Below are positions 49,937-59,198 of a DNA stretch of 64,000 bases, piece by piece. Source of the DNA: Gammaproteobacteria bacterium (GTDB taxonomy: Bacteria > Pseudomonadota > Gammaproteobacteria > CAJXQU01). The notes under the pieces were generated by a model. That model did no database searches. It saw only the letters and a list, made by a program, of their open reading frames with translations, and was not told where the DNA came from. How positions within the stretch are numbered: the first letter of the stretch is position 1; each line of letters begins with the position of its first letter. The DNA lies in contig CBDEGZ010000003.1 in NCBI GenBank assembly GCA_965238175.1, forward strand, positions 1,920,001 through 1,984,000, given 5' to 3'. Position numbers and translations under genes: made by a program.

Positions 49937-50841
49937 CAGACAATACCGCGTTCGATATCTCGACACTGCTCCATAAAGTCAATCAAATCAGATAAAGCAT
50001 ATTCAGTGTTTTCTTGATCATCTATACCTTCAAAAAAATATTTTCTTGAGTAGGTGAAATAATTTTCAATAGAAGACCTTAAGGGTATAAATTTTTTATG
50101 CTCATCAAAGAAAATATCTAGCCTTTCGATAAAGACAGTTCTCTGCGCTGTTTCATTAAAGGCTTTATGTATTTCTTCTAATGCCTGACGATGACGAACT
50201 TCATTCCACTTAATATGACGCTTATTGTTAAGTGTTTTATATGTGTTCGCAAAAGGATGTTTTTTTGATAATAACGGTAACCCCCACTTCAGATAGGCCA
50301 ATCCCAAAATACTAAGGAGAAATAATGATAAAAACACCATCATTTTGAAATTACTGAAGGGTAATAAAGAGGGAGCTTGATCCGCGTGTAAATTGTTATT
50401 TGAACGATCAGTTAGCGTTGAAATACCTATCCGTGTTGCTGGAATTAGAATATTAAACTTTTCATCACTGTCGGAATTTTTATATGCCAACAAATGTGAT
50501 GGGACAGGTATATCTTTAAGTTCAGGTTTTACATTGACGATGTGATAGATCAGTTTGATCGAGTATTGAGGAATGCCTTCTAATATTTGAAAATCAACTA
50601 TTGGGGTTTCTAACGTTAACCATTCAGATAGTCTACCTGCTGCAGGTAGTGATTTTTCGTCAAGCACAGATGGTAACTGTAATTTTAAATTGATCACACG
50701 TTCGAACTTGTCACCAATCTGATAACCAAAAGATCGAGGTTGTTGGATGTCGAGTTGTTCAATTTTGCTATTTGCATTAATAGAAAAGATCGCAAATAAA
50801 AAACCTATAAAAATTGATCGCGATAAGTTATTTACTCGAAT
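49936..50841 (-). CDS. mxaA: MxaA-like protein
   Basis: Position between mxaS and mxaC; the frame stays open upstream of GTG 50697 through PRSFGYQIGD and a signal-peptide-like stretch; start codon uncertain (ATT at 50841 assumed). Confidence 0.72.
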   Translation of the reverse strand: MRVNNLSRSIFIGFLFAIFSINANSKIEQLDIQQPRSFGYQIGDKFERVINLKLQLPSVLDEKSLPAAGRLSEWLTLETPIVDFQILEGIPQYSIKLIYHIVNVKPELKDIPVPSHLLAYKNSDSDEKFNILIPATRIGISTLTDRSNNNLHADQAPSLLPFSNFKMMVFLSLFLLSILGLAYLKWGLPLLSKKHPFANTYKTLNNKRHIKWNEVRHRQALEEIHKAFNETAQRTVFIERLDIFFDEHKKFIPLRSSIENYFTYSRKYFFEGIDDQENTEYALSDLIDFMEQCRDIERGIV

Positions 50842-50857
50842 GATAAATTGTTTTTTT

Positions 50858-51700
50858 CTAGCCGAAGAAATAATGTGTCACCTCATCTGAATTAAAACCA
50901 TTTTGTAACAATAATGGACTTCGCCCATATTCTTCAAAAAGATCAAAAAGTTTTTCGCGCCGCTCTGAAAAAGTTTGTTGAATACGTTTTTTTAAACTCG
51001 GTCGCATTAACAACATGCGGCTCTGGTTAGTTTCTGGATCCGTCACACGGGCAATACCAAAAACAGGTAAGTTTTCAAACTCATGTCGATCCCATAACAT
51101 CACAGGCACCACGTGGTGATAAGCCAGAGAAGCAAGTGTTTGTTCTAACAAGCTTTCGGGAAAGTGAAAGTCTGAAGCTAAAAATACTAATGCTCTACGA
51201 CCGCCTAATAGTTCTGCTGCGTGCGGTAATCCTCCTGAATTTTTTGCCTGTAATTTTTTTGTATACAGTTGTTGTGCTATCTCGTGTCCTGCGGCTCGAT
51301 TCAGAGTTGGTGGTGAAATCCAGGGAGCTGAATCTTTATCCGAACAGCCTACAAATCCGAATGTGTCACCCGTTCGATATGCAGAATAACTTAGACAAGA
51401 TACAAAATCCGCCAGCACATCTCGTTTCGAATTTTCACCTTGAAAATTCATGGATGCTGACAGATCTGCTATTACATAAACAGGGATCGAACTCGTCTGT
51501 TGATAGACTCTAACCCTTATCTGTTCAAAAGGATCTCTGAGACTTGCACGAATATCGAAGCGTCGTGGATCTGGCGCATCGATCAATGGCACATGATTAC
51601 GAAATTCTAAACCACCACCCTTTTGCAAACTTGCATGATGGCCAGGATAGCTACCACTCGCGCGCCATGGAACTCGATAATGTACCTCTCCGAGACTCAC
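50858..51700 (-). CDS. mxaS: MxaS-like DUF58 protein
   Basis: PG.H.S...G.G.EF, PDPRR.D.RAS, AD.SASM, FLASDFH. Confidence 0.82.
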   Translation of the reverse strand: MSLGEVHYRVPWRASGSYPGHHASLQKGGGLEFRNHVPLIDAPDPRRFDIRASLRDPFEQIRVRVYQQTSSIPVYVIADLSASMNFQGENSKRDVLADFVSCLSYSAYRTGDTFGFVGCSDKDSAPWISPPTLNRAAGHEIAQQLYTKKLQAKNSGGLPHAAELLGGRRALVFLASDFHFPESLLEQTLASLAYHHVVPVMLWDRHEFENLPVFGIARVTDPETNQSRMLLMRPSLKKRIQQTFSERREKLFDLFEEYGRSPLLLQNGFNSDEVTHYFFG

Positions 51701-51701
51701 G

Positions 51702-52727
51702 TTAAGGTGCTACAACTTGATTTACAATCTGCTCCATCAGAGCCGGCACTAGTTCAGACCGATGTAGTTCATAGATAGGCGTCAGGAAGACTCGATGGGC
51801 AATTGTTTCGTGTAAGATGGCATGAATATCTTCCGGCACTAAAGAATCACGTTCATGTAACCAGGCAGCCACTTTCGCTGCACGCATTAACATGCCCATT
51901 CCTCGTGGACTGACACCGGACATGACCATTTTATTCATATCTACACCGTCAAGTTTGATCCCGAATTCTGCTGGGTTGCGAGTCGCGCGACATAAATTGA
52001 GTGCGTAATTTTCAATCGTTGGCGTTGTTTGTATATGTTGTTGGATCATTGCGGAAATATCATTCAACTGATCGAAAGGTAAAATTCCAGATTTTAAACT
52101 TCCGATCAATTTATCCACGTCAAAAAAACGTGTGTCGAACATGAGTTGTCGCTGCAAATCCAGATCTGTTGGCATTGCAATATTCAATTCCATCAAGAAG
52201 CGATCGCGCGCCGCAGCCGGCAACTCAAATGTTTCTTCTTTTTCAACACGGTTACGATCCGCAAACACTTGCAGGTGAGGAAAATAATATTCGCGATTAA
52301 ACGCTGTCACACTTCGTTCGGCCATCACACGCAGTAATAGTGAATGTACTTGAGGGCGTGCGCGATTCACTTCATTGAAAAAGAAAGTGGCGAGTTTTTC
52401 TTCATATTTCAACAAGGGACCAGGATCAACGGCCGGACGACCTTCTTCATTAATATAAGTGTGGTAAACAAGATCATTAGGCATTAAATCGATAGTGCCT
52501 TCTATACGTTCATAGTCACCACCCAGCACCTGAGCCAAAGCGCGCAGTATCGTTGTTTTGCCTACGCCAACATCGCCTTCGAGTAGTACATGACCGCGGG
52601 CAAAAATAGCAATTGTCAGTAGTCTAATTGCATGATCTTGGCCAATGATGGCTTGTTTTATTTCTGTTTCTAGTTCAGAGGCACGAGCGTGCCATTCGCT
52701 AAGAGTAGAATCTGATGCTTTCGACAT
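51702..52727 (-). CDS. mxaR: MoxR-family AAA+ ATPase
   Basis: GHVLLEGDVGVGKT, NEVNRARPQ, ETFELP.AARDRF, SPRG. Confidence 0.88.
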   Translation of the reverse strand: MSKASDSTLSEWHARASELETEIKQAIIGQDHAIRLLTIAIFARGHVLLEGDVGVGKTTILRALAQVLGGDYERIEGTIDLMPNDLVYHTYINEEGRPAVDPGPLLKYEEKLATFFFNEVNRARPQVHSLLLRVMAERSVTAFNREYYFPHLQVFADRNRVEKEETFELPAAARDRFLMELNIAMPTDLDLQRQLMFDTRFFDVDKLIGSLKSGILPFDQLNDISAMIQQHIQTTPTIENYALNLCRATRNPAEFGIKLDGVDMNKMVMSGVSPRGMGMLMRAAKVAAWLHERDSLVPEDIHAILHETIAHRVFLTPIYELHRSELVPALMEQIVNQVVAP

Positions 52728-52841
52728 TAGTTTTATATTTACCTAAATTATTTTATTGTGGTTATTCAACGGATGATCAAACTAAACGCAGAATTATAGC
52801 AGATGTTTAGATCTCAACTATACCAATGTCGAGGACCTACG

Positions 52842-52865
52842 AAAAAGGATGTAAGCATCTTTTTT
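52842..52865 (-). terminator. Probable terminator between the Mo-oxidoreductase gene and mxaR
   Basis: AAAAAGGATG-taag-CATCTTTTTT hairpin with A/T tails. Confidence 0.5.
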
Positions 52866-52892
52866 AAGTTTTTAATCAATCATTTAATTTAT

Positions 52893-55016
52893 CTACACTA
52901 TCTCTACTTGTACCAGGTTGTCTGAAAATGATGGTGAATGACCCATATCACCAAATTCAGCAGAGCTGATCGAATTAACGGTACCATTATTCAATTGACG
53001 CCAATAACCTAAGGTGGCAACAACAATACCTGGATTCACATCATCGGTAATCTGCGCATCACCATCAAAGCCACCACGATCATTAAAGACACGAACCTTA
53101 TCGCCTTCTTTAATCCCCCTGGATTGTGCATCAGCTGCATTGATCAAAACAAACTGTTCCCCTTGGCCTTTGATTTTATGATCCATATTCGCATAACAGG
53201 AGTTCAAAAAACCATGGCTCTTTGGAGAGACAATATTCAACGGATATTTTTTGGCCAACTCAGGATTGGTTTCAGGTCGTTCTCTTGGCCCCAAATAATC
53301 CGGTAAGCTGTCTAAATCTTCACCGGGTTGAAAACCTTCGTACATTTGTCTAAAGGGAGGTGCAACAAAGTTCTTTGCTCCTACTACTTCAAATTCACAT
53401 TTCCCAGACGGTGTTGGAAAGTTACCTTCTTTATGCGGGCAACGGTCATCTTTGGTACCGACTGTTAAACGGGCAAATCCATTCTTACGTAGATACTCTA
53501 AATCAATCCCGTCACATGCAGGTGAATCCCAATCAACAAAGTTTTCTAAACATTCTGAATCAGACCATTTCAGTCTTTCATCGTCATAGCCCATAAGTAC
53601 GGATAAACGACGGAAGATTTCATTGTTAGGAATGGCTTCGCCTGGTGATTCGACACTCTTGGCATTGTAGGTCAGATACAAGTGCCCCCATGAAAGAATA
53701 ATGTCTTCTAACTCGGCCCCCATCGAAGCGGGTAAGACAATATCGGCGTACGAGGCGGTATCTGAAATAAAGTGTTCGGCTGACACCATAAACAAATCTT
53801 CATTCATTAAGCCTTCAACAATCTTGTCCGTCTCTGGTGCTTGCGTTACAGGATTAGAATTCCAACACATCATTGATTTAATGGGTACTTCTAAATCAAT
53901 TTCGCCGGTTAACGCACGACCGATTTGTAAATTACTAATCACCGGAGTGCCCTCTGGTATTAAGTCTGGTCGACAAATCACATCAAACTTGTATGGGTGT
54001 TCCCATACTGGGAACTGTGTAATGCCTCCACCAACATGTTTCCACGCACCGGTTAAAGCTGGAATACAGGTAACTGCGCGAATGGTTTGGCTGCCACCGT
54101 GATGTCGTTCTAAAGCCACACCAATGCGAATAGCTGCCGGTTGTGCTGTTGCTAATTCTTTTGCTAGTTGTTTAATGTCATCAGCCGCAACACCGGTAAT
54201 CTCTTCTGCCCATTCTGGCGTACGATCTTTGGCTCGTTCAGCTAATGCATCAAAGCCCAATGTGTGATTTGCAATATAGTCTTTATCTGTTAAGCCTTGT
54301 TCAATAATGCTGTTAATCACTGCCATAGCGAGTGCACCATCGGTCCCTGGTTTGGGCGCAATATGCCAATCGGCTTGTTTTGCTGTTTTTGATTTATACG
54401 TATCAATGACAACGACCTTCGCACCTTTTTGCTGTGCTTCTTTGACGATAGTCCAGTGATGAAGATTGGTACTGACACTATTACACGCCCAAATGACAAT
54501 ATATTTTGAGTGGATGTAACTTTCCGGATCAACTCCTGCCGTAGGACCAACGGTTAAAAGCCAGGCGGTACAGGAACCCTCACCACAAAAGGTGCGTTCC
54601 ATAACAGTGGCCCCCATCCGGTTAAAAAAAGCATCACCACCATTTAACCCATGAACTAAGCCTTGGTGGCCTAAATAGCTGTATGGCACAATCGCACGGG
54701 GACCGTACTCTGCAATAATGGCTTTCCACTTATCCGTGATTGTTGTTAGTGCTTCATCCCAACCGATACGTTCAAATTCTTTGCTCCCTTTTGGGCCGAC
54801 ACGGCGCATGGGGTAGAGCAAGCGATCAGGATGGTAGTGACGTTTTTCATAATCCTTGAGTTTCACACACAGACCGCCACGTGTCATAGGATGTTCTTTA
54901 TTGCCTCTAACGCCAATGACTTTGCCGTCTTCGATATCAAATACCATCGCACAGGTATCTGGACAATCGTGGGGACAACCTCCGAATGCGGTTTCTACTT
55001 TAGGATTTGCTGCCAT
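52893..55016 (-). CDS. Cytoplasmic bis-MGD molybdopterin oxidoreductase (YoaE/YyaE-like)
   Basis: CPHDCPDTC...GLC Fe-S motif, RLLYP, probable Cys ligand in RTFCG, TASYADIVLP, C-terminal binding domain; no Tat signal. Confidence 0.88.
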   Translation of the reverse strand: MAANPKVETAFGGCPHDCPDTCAMVFDIEDGKVIGVRGNKEHPMTRGGLCVKLKDYEKRHYHPDRLLYPMRRVGPKGSKEFERIGWDEALTTITDKWKAIIAEYGPRAIVPYSYLGHQGLVHGLNGGDAFFNRMGATVMERTFCGEGSCTAWLLTVGPTAGVDPESYIHSKYIVIWACNSVSTNLHHWTIVKEAQQKGAKVVVIDTYKSKTAKQADWHIAPKPGTDGALAMAVINSIIEQGLTDKDYIANHTLGFDALAERAKDRTPEWAEEITGVAADDIKQLAKELATAQPAAIRIGVALERHHGGSQTIRAVTCIPALTGAWKHVGGGITQFPVWEHPYKFDVICRPDLIPEGTPVISNLQIGRALTGEIDLEVPIKSMMCWNSNPVTQAPETDKIVEGLMNEDLFMVSAEHFISDTASYADIVLPASMGAELEDIILSWGHLYLTYNAKSVESPGEAIPNNEIFRRLSVLMGYDDERLKWSDSECLENFVDWDSPACDGIDLEYLRKNGFARLTVGTKDDRCPHKEGNFPTPSGKCEFEVVGAKNFVAPPFRQMYEGFQPGEDLDSLPDYLGPRERPETNPELAKKYPLNIVSPKSHGFLNSCYANMDHKIKGQGEQFVLINAADAQSRGIKEGDKVRVFNDRGGFDGDAQITDDVNPGIVVATLGYWRQLNNGTVNSISSAEFGDMGHSPSFSDNLVQVEIV

Positions 55017-55088
55017 AGATATTTGCCTCTTGCCTGACTGTATAAGTTATTTTCTATACGGATATTATGTCTCTTTAACAAAAGAAGA

Positions 55089-55125
55089 TTAGCACCAATT
55101 ATTAAAAATGATCTGGTACCAATTT
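55089..55125. promoter_or_regulatory. Putative MocR operator, copy 1
   Basis: TTAGCACCAATTATTAAAAATGATCTGGTACCAATTT; 32/37 identical to copy 2. Confidence 0.72.
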
Positions 55126-55163
55126 CTTATATAAAATATCTTCTCAATAACGATAAATCATAT

Positions 55164-55526
55164 TTATGTATGCGTATGAAATACTTTATTCATGATCTTC
55201 CATTTACCATCGACTTTTAGTAGAGAAAAGAGATCGGTAAAATTATTACCTGTCCAATTTTCAAGTTCGAGACGTGCTGTTGCAACAGTGCCGACAATAT
55301 CAATGTTGGATATATTTGCTTTTAAATCAGTCGCCGGTCCATTTTCATCATTCCAATCAAACAATGCTTGCACTGGAGCAGCAAATAAATCATCACCCAT
55401 ATAACCAAATACCGAAGCATCGGGGTGAAACCCTGCTTTCATTGTCTGGCCACTTCCTGAAATAGCGCCATCGATATAATGTTGTATTGTGCTTTCGATC
55501 AATTCTTTATCGTTCATTAAAATCAC
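55164..55526 (-). CDS. NTF2-like (lumazine-binding type) protein
   Basis: Y.DG..G......FHP.A...G and FTD.F.LLK.DG.WKI..KVF pattern. Confidence 0.82.
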   Translation of the reverse strand: MILMNDKELIESTIQHYIDGAISGSGQTMKAGFHPDASVFGYMGDDLFAAPVQALFDWNDENGPATDLKANISNIDIVGTVATARLELENWTGNNFTDLFSLLKVDGKWKIMNKVFHTHT

Positions 55527-55575
55527 CTTAAATATGTAAGTTCTGATGATAGTAATTGAATTGATAATGCTAATG

Positions 55576-55612
55576 TTAGTACCAATTTTTAAAAATGATT
55601 CGGTACCACTTT
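55576..55612. promoter_or_regulatory. Putative MocR operator, copy 2
   Basis: TTAGTACCAATTTTTAAAAATGATTCGGTACCACTTT. Confidence 0.72.
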
Positions 55613-55652
55613 TATAGTCTTGATTATTGTAAGAGTAGCAGCATATTGAAAT

Positions 55653-57122
55653 TTATTCAATTGAACTGGCAATACGAGAAATACCTTTTCGTATATTGTC
55701 TTTTGTCATAGCTGCATAGCCTAACAAAACAATTCGATTATTATTTTTAAATGATCGCCAATTATAAATGGTGTGATGTTGTAGCGTATAAACACCTACT
55801 TGCTTTTGACGGATCTTTTTTTGTAAATCTTCTGCATCAGGTGATTCTGGTGGTAGATTCCAAACAACATGAGTACCACATTCAAGTCCCATTAAAGTGA
55901 TCTCGCCAAATGAATTTTGTAATGATTCAAGTAAACAATTTCGACGACCCATATAAGTTTGTCTGAGTCGCTTAATGTGATTTTCGAAACCACCACTACT
56001 AATAAAATCAGTTAAAATGACTTGATCTAGCCAAGGTAAGCCATAATCAAGCAATACTTTACTGCTCTTTGCATGTTCAATAAGTGAGGGAGGCACAACC
56101 ATGTAACCTATTCGTAAGCCTGGTCCAATTGATTTTGCAAAAGAGCTTAAATAAATAACCCGCTGATCTTTGTCAAAAGATCTAATCGCATGTAATGGTG
56201 AACCTTCATATCTAAAATCACTATCGTAATCAACTTCGAGAATATATGAATCCGTATTAACTGACCATTCAATCAATTGCTTTCTTCGTTTAATCGGAAG
56301 CGTTGCACATAAAGGAAATTGTCGAGATGGCGTTATCATTGCCACATCAATTTTTTTGTCAGGTAATTTGTTAATAATTACGCCATCTTCATCAACCGGC
56401 ACGGGAATTATTTTCGCACCATAATTTTCAAATAAATAACTGGCGCCTTTATACCCTGGTGATTCCAGGACAACCTTCGAACCTTTTCTAATTAACAAAT
56501 GAGAAACAATATTTAGACCTTGTTGAATCCCGGTCAACATAATTACTTGTTCTGGATCTACTTTCATTCCACGTGTTGAACCAAGACGCGTAGCAATAGC
56601 TTTTCTCAACTCCAATAATCCAGTAGGCTCACTGTATTTAGTCATGTTGGATCTTGCTGAATCAAGACGATTGTTAATAATTCGCCGCCACGTTTTTGTT
56701 GGGAATGACTTAGGATCAGTCCTCTCTATTTGAAAATCGTATAAAAGATCACCTGTTTCACGAAGGTATAATTTTTCTTCATTATTCTTGGTTTTAGATG
56801 TTAGCTCTACTGGGAGTTTACTTTTGATAATGTTATTGCCGGGCACAACCGTATCAATTTTTATGGTTGTATCAGGCAGCACATCACATACGTATGTACC
56901 CGAACCAATAATTGAATCTATATACCCCTGTTCAATTAGTTTGTCATAAGCCCCTTTAATGGTATTACGAGAAACATTAAGTTGCGTACTGAGAGCTCTG
57001 CTTGAAGGAAGGCGTTCATTCGGTTGTATACGCCCTGTCTTTATTAACTCTATTAACTGTTCAGAAATTTGTGTTTGATATGGAGAACGATTTTCTAAGT
57101 TAATGTGAATAGGTAATTCCAT
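55653..57122 (-). CDS. MocR/GabR-family PLP-dependent GntR regulator
   Basis: wHTH RLPSSR.L...L.VSRNT; aminotransferase-like domain with DYDSDFRY and SFAK...PGLRIG (PLP Lys). Confidence 0.92.
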   Translation of the reverse strand: MELPIHINLENRSPYQTQISEQLIELIKTGRIQPNERLPSSRALSTQLNVSRNTIKGAYDKLIEQGYIDSIIGSGTYVCDVLPDTTIKIDTVVPGNNIIKSKLPVELTSKTKNNEEKLYLRETGDLLYDFQIERTDPKSFPTKTWRRIINNRLDSARSNMTKYSEPTGLLELRKAIATRLGSTRGMKVDPEQVIMLTGIQQGLNIVSHLLIRKGSKVVLESPGYKGASYLFENYGAKIIPVPVDEDGVIINKLPDKKIDVAMITPSRQFPLCATLPIKRRKQLIEWSVNTDSYILEVDYDSDFRYEGSPLHAIRSFDKDQRVIYLSSFAKSIGPGLRIGYMVVPPSLIEHAKSSKVLLDYGLPWLDQVILTDFISSGGFENHIKRLRQTYMGRRNCLLESLQNSFGEITLMGLECGTHVVWNLPPESPDAEDLQKKIRQKQVGVYTLQHHTIYNWRSFKNNNRIVLLGYAAMTKDNIRKGISRIASSIE

Positions 57123-57440
57123 TGTGAATTTTAAAACCAGATTTTATTTGATAGCTAAACTTTTAGAATTGATCGTAAATGAGCGATCATATTTCATGAG
57201 CTCTACGGCTTTTGGTTGGTTAATTTGCCATAAAAGTTTTCTAATAGATAGAGCATTACGTCTATTATTAAGAGACCTCAGCATAACCATCAATTTTAAC
57301 CAAAATCATTGCTCCTGGCATTTTCGCGCAAACCGATAAGTATCGCAGGTGATTTAACCCTACGCCATTCTTATCGTTATATCGTGATGCTTGCCTTCTG
57401 TTACCGGCAGCTAAGCCTATTTGTAGCAGGTGGCTGCTGA

Positions 57441-58202
57441 TTATCCTCTCAACCGATAACCGGTTTTAAATATCCACCAGATAATGATCAAACAAACCGA
57501 CATAAATAAAAATGTCATTGTGACACTGATCAGAATATTAACATCTGCAACATCATAAAAGCTCCAACGAAAACCACTGATCAAATAAACAACGGGATTA
57601 AATAAGGTAATTTTTTGCCATAGTTCGGGTAACATTTTGATCGAATAAAAACTGCCGCCGAGAAAGGTCAGTGGTGTGATGATCATCATTGGAATGATTT
57701 GTAACTTTTCAAAACTATTTGCCCATATGCCAATAATGAATCCGAACAAACTGAACGTAACGGAAGTTAAAAAAAGGAAACCAAACATCCAGAAGGGATG
57801 GGCGATCTGGTAATCAACAAATAATTTTGCGGTGAGTAAAATTAATAAACCAAGTATGACAGACTTGGTTGTCGCGGCACCGACGAAGCCGATCAAAATT
57901 TCGACAAAAGAAATTGGGGCAGAAAGGATCTCATAAATCGTACCGGAAAATTTAGGCATATATATTCCAAATGATGCGTTTGAAATACTCTCGTTCAAGA
58001 GTGATAACATGATCAATCCGGGAATGATAAATGCGCCGTAACTCACGCCATCTATCTCGCCCATGCGTGAGCCTATTGCTGCGCCAAAAACCACAAAATA
58101 AAGTGAGGTTGAAAGAACCGGGGATGCGATACTTTGCATTAATGTTCGAGCGGTTCTTGCCATTTCAAATTTGTATATTGCGTAGATGGCGTAAAAATTC
58201 AT
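57441..58202 (-). CDS. ABC-2 type permease (YadH-like)
   Basis: [28 protein letters not shown]. Confidence 0.88.
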   Translation of the reverse strand: MNFYAIYAIYKFEMARTARTLMQSIASPVLSTSLYFVVFGAAIGSRMGEIDGVSYGAFIIPGLIMLSLLNESISNASFGIYMPKFSGTIYEILSAPISFVEILIGFVGAATTKSVILGLLILLTAKLFVDYQIAHPFWMFGFLFLTSVTFSLFGFIIGIWANSFEKLQIIPMMIITPLTFLGGSFYSIKMLPELWQKITLFNPVVYLISGFRWSFYDVADVNILISVTMTFLFMSVCLIIIWWIFKTGYRLRG

Positions 58203-59125
58203 TTCTTTGTCCTGACTAAATTAACAAAAATTTCTTCTAACGAACTTTCGTTGGTATGAAGATCTTTAAAATTGATTCCTTGTTTGTGTAATGCTTTGAT
58301 CAGATTTGCAATCTCATTTTGTTCATCTTGAGTGTCAAAGGTGTAAACCAGTTGGTTTCCATCATCGAACAATTCTAGTGAGTATTTGGAGAGGTTTTGT
58401 GGAATGACACTTAATGCATTATTCAAATGTAAGGTTAATTGTTTTTTACCCAGTTTTTCCATCAGTACTTTTTTATTTTCTACAAGGATGATCTTTCCTT
58501 GATCAATGATACCAATTCGATCAGCCATTTCTTCAGCTTCTTCAATGTAGTGCGTGGTTAAAATGATCGTTACACCATTTTCACGTAAGCTTCTCACCAT
58601 GTTCCACATATCACGACGTAGTTCTACATCAACGCCTGCTGTGGGTTCGTCTAAAAACAAAACAGTAGGTTCGTGTGATAATGCTTTGGCGATCATTACT
58701 CGCCGTTTCATACCACCTGAAAGAGCCATGGTTTTTACATCTTTTTTATCCCAAAGTGAAAGATCGCGTAATATTTTTTCAATATGGTTTGGGTTAGAAG
58801 ATTTGCCGAATAATCCACGGCTGTATGTGACAGTACTCCAGACTGTTTCAAACATATCTGTTGAAATTTCTTGTGGAACTAAACCGATTTTGGATCGCGC
58901 TTTCCTGTAATCTGAAAGAATATTGTGACCATCAACAATAACACTGCCAGCGCTTGGATTCACCAGTCCACATATGATGCTGATCAAAGTTGTTTTGCCT
59001 GCCCCATTTGGCCCGAGTAAAGCGAAGATTTCGCCTTGTGCAATTTCAAGGTTGACCTTATTCAGCGCCCAAAAACCAGAGTCGTAAATTTTATCTAGTG
59101 AGTTGATTGAAATTATTGATTTCAT
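58199..59125 (-). CDS. ABC transporter ATP-binding protein (YadG-like)
   Basis: [30 protein letters not shown]. Confidence 0.9.
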   Translation of the reverse strand: MKSIISINSLDKIYDSGFWALNKVNLEIAQGEIFALLGPNGAGKTTLISIICGLVNPSAGSVIVDGHNILSDYRKARSKIGLVPQEISTDMFETVWSTVTYSRGLFGKSSNPNHIEKILRDLSLWDKKDVKTMALSGGMKRRVMIAKALSHEPTVLFLDEPTAGVDVELRRDMWNMVRSLRENGVTIILTTHYIEEAEEMADRIGIIDQGKIILVENKKVLMEKLGKKQLTLHLNNALSVIPQNLSKYSLELFDDGNQLVYTFDTQDEQNEIANLIKALHKQGINFKDLHTNESSLEEIFVNLVRTKK

Positions 59126-59198
59126 TCCGTTTCCAAAGTGTTTTTATAGGGTGGTTTAGTTTTGATCAAACAGAAACAGATCTATTTGATCAGATAAG

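Noticed and set aside
41360-57365. Isolated CCCTAC motifs near 41370 and 57360 as further REP copies
   Set aside because: No convincing hairpin or similarity beyond the GTAGGG hexamer
59161-59192. TGATCAAA...TTTGATCA inverted repeat as an FNR box
   Set aside because: Does not fit TTGAT-N4-ATCAA; may just be a hairpin after cydC
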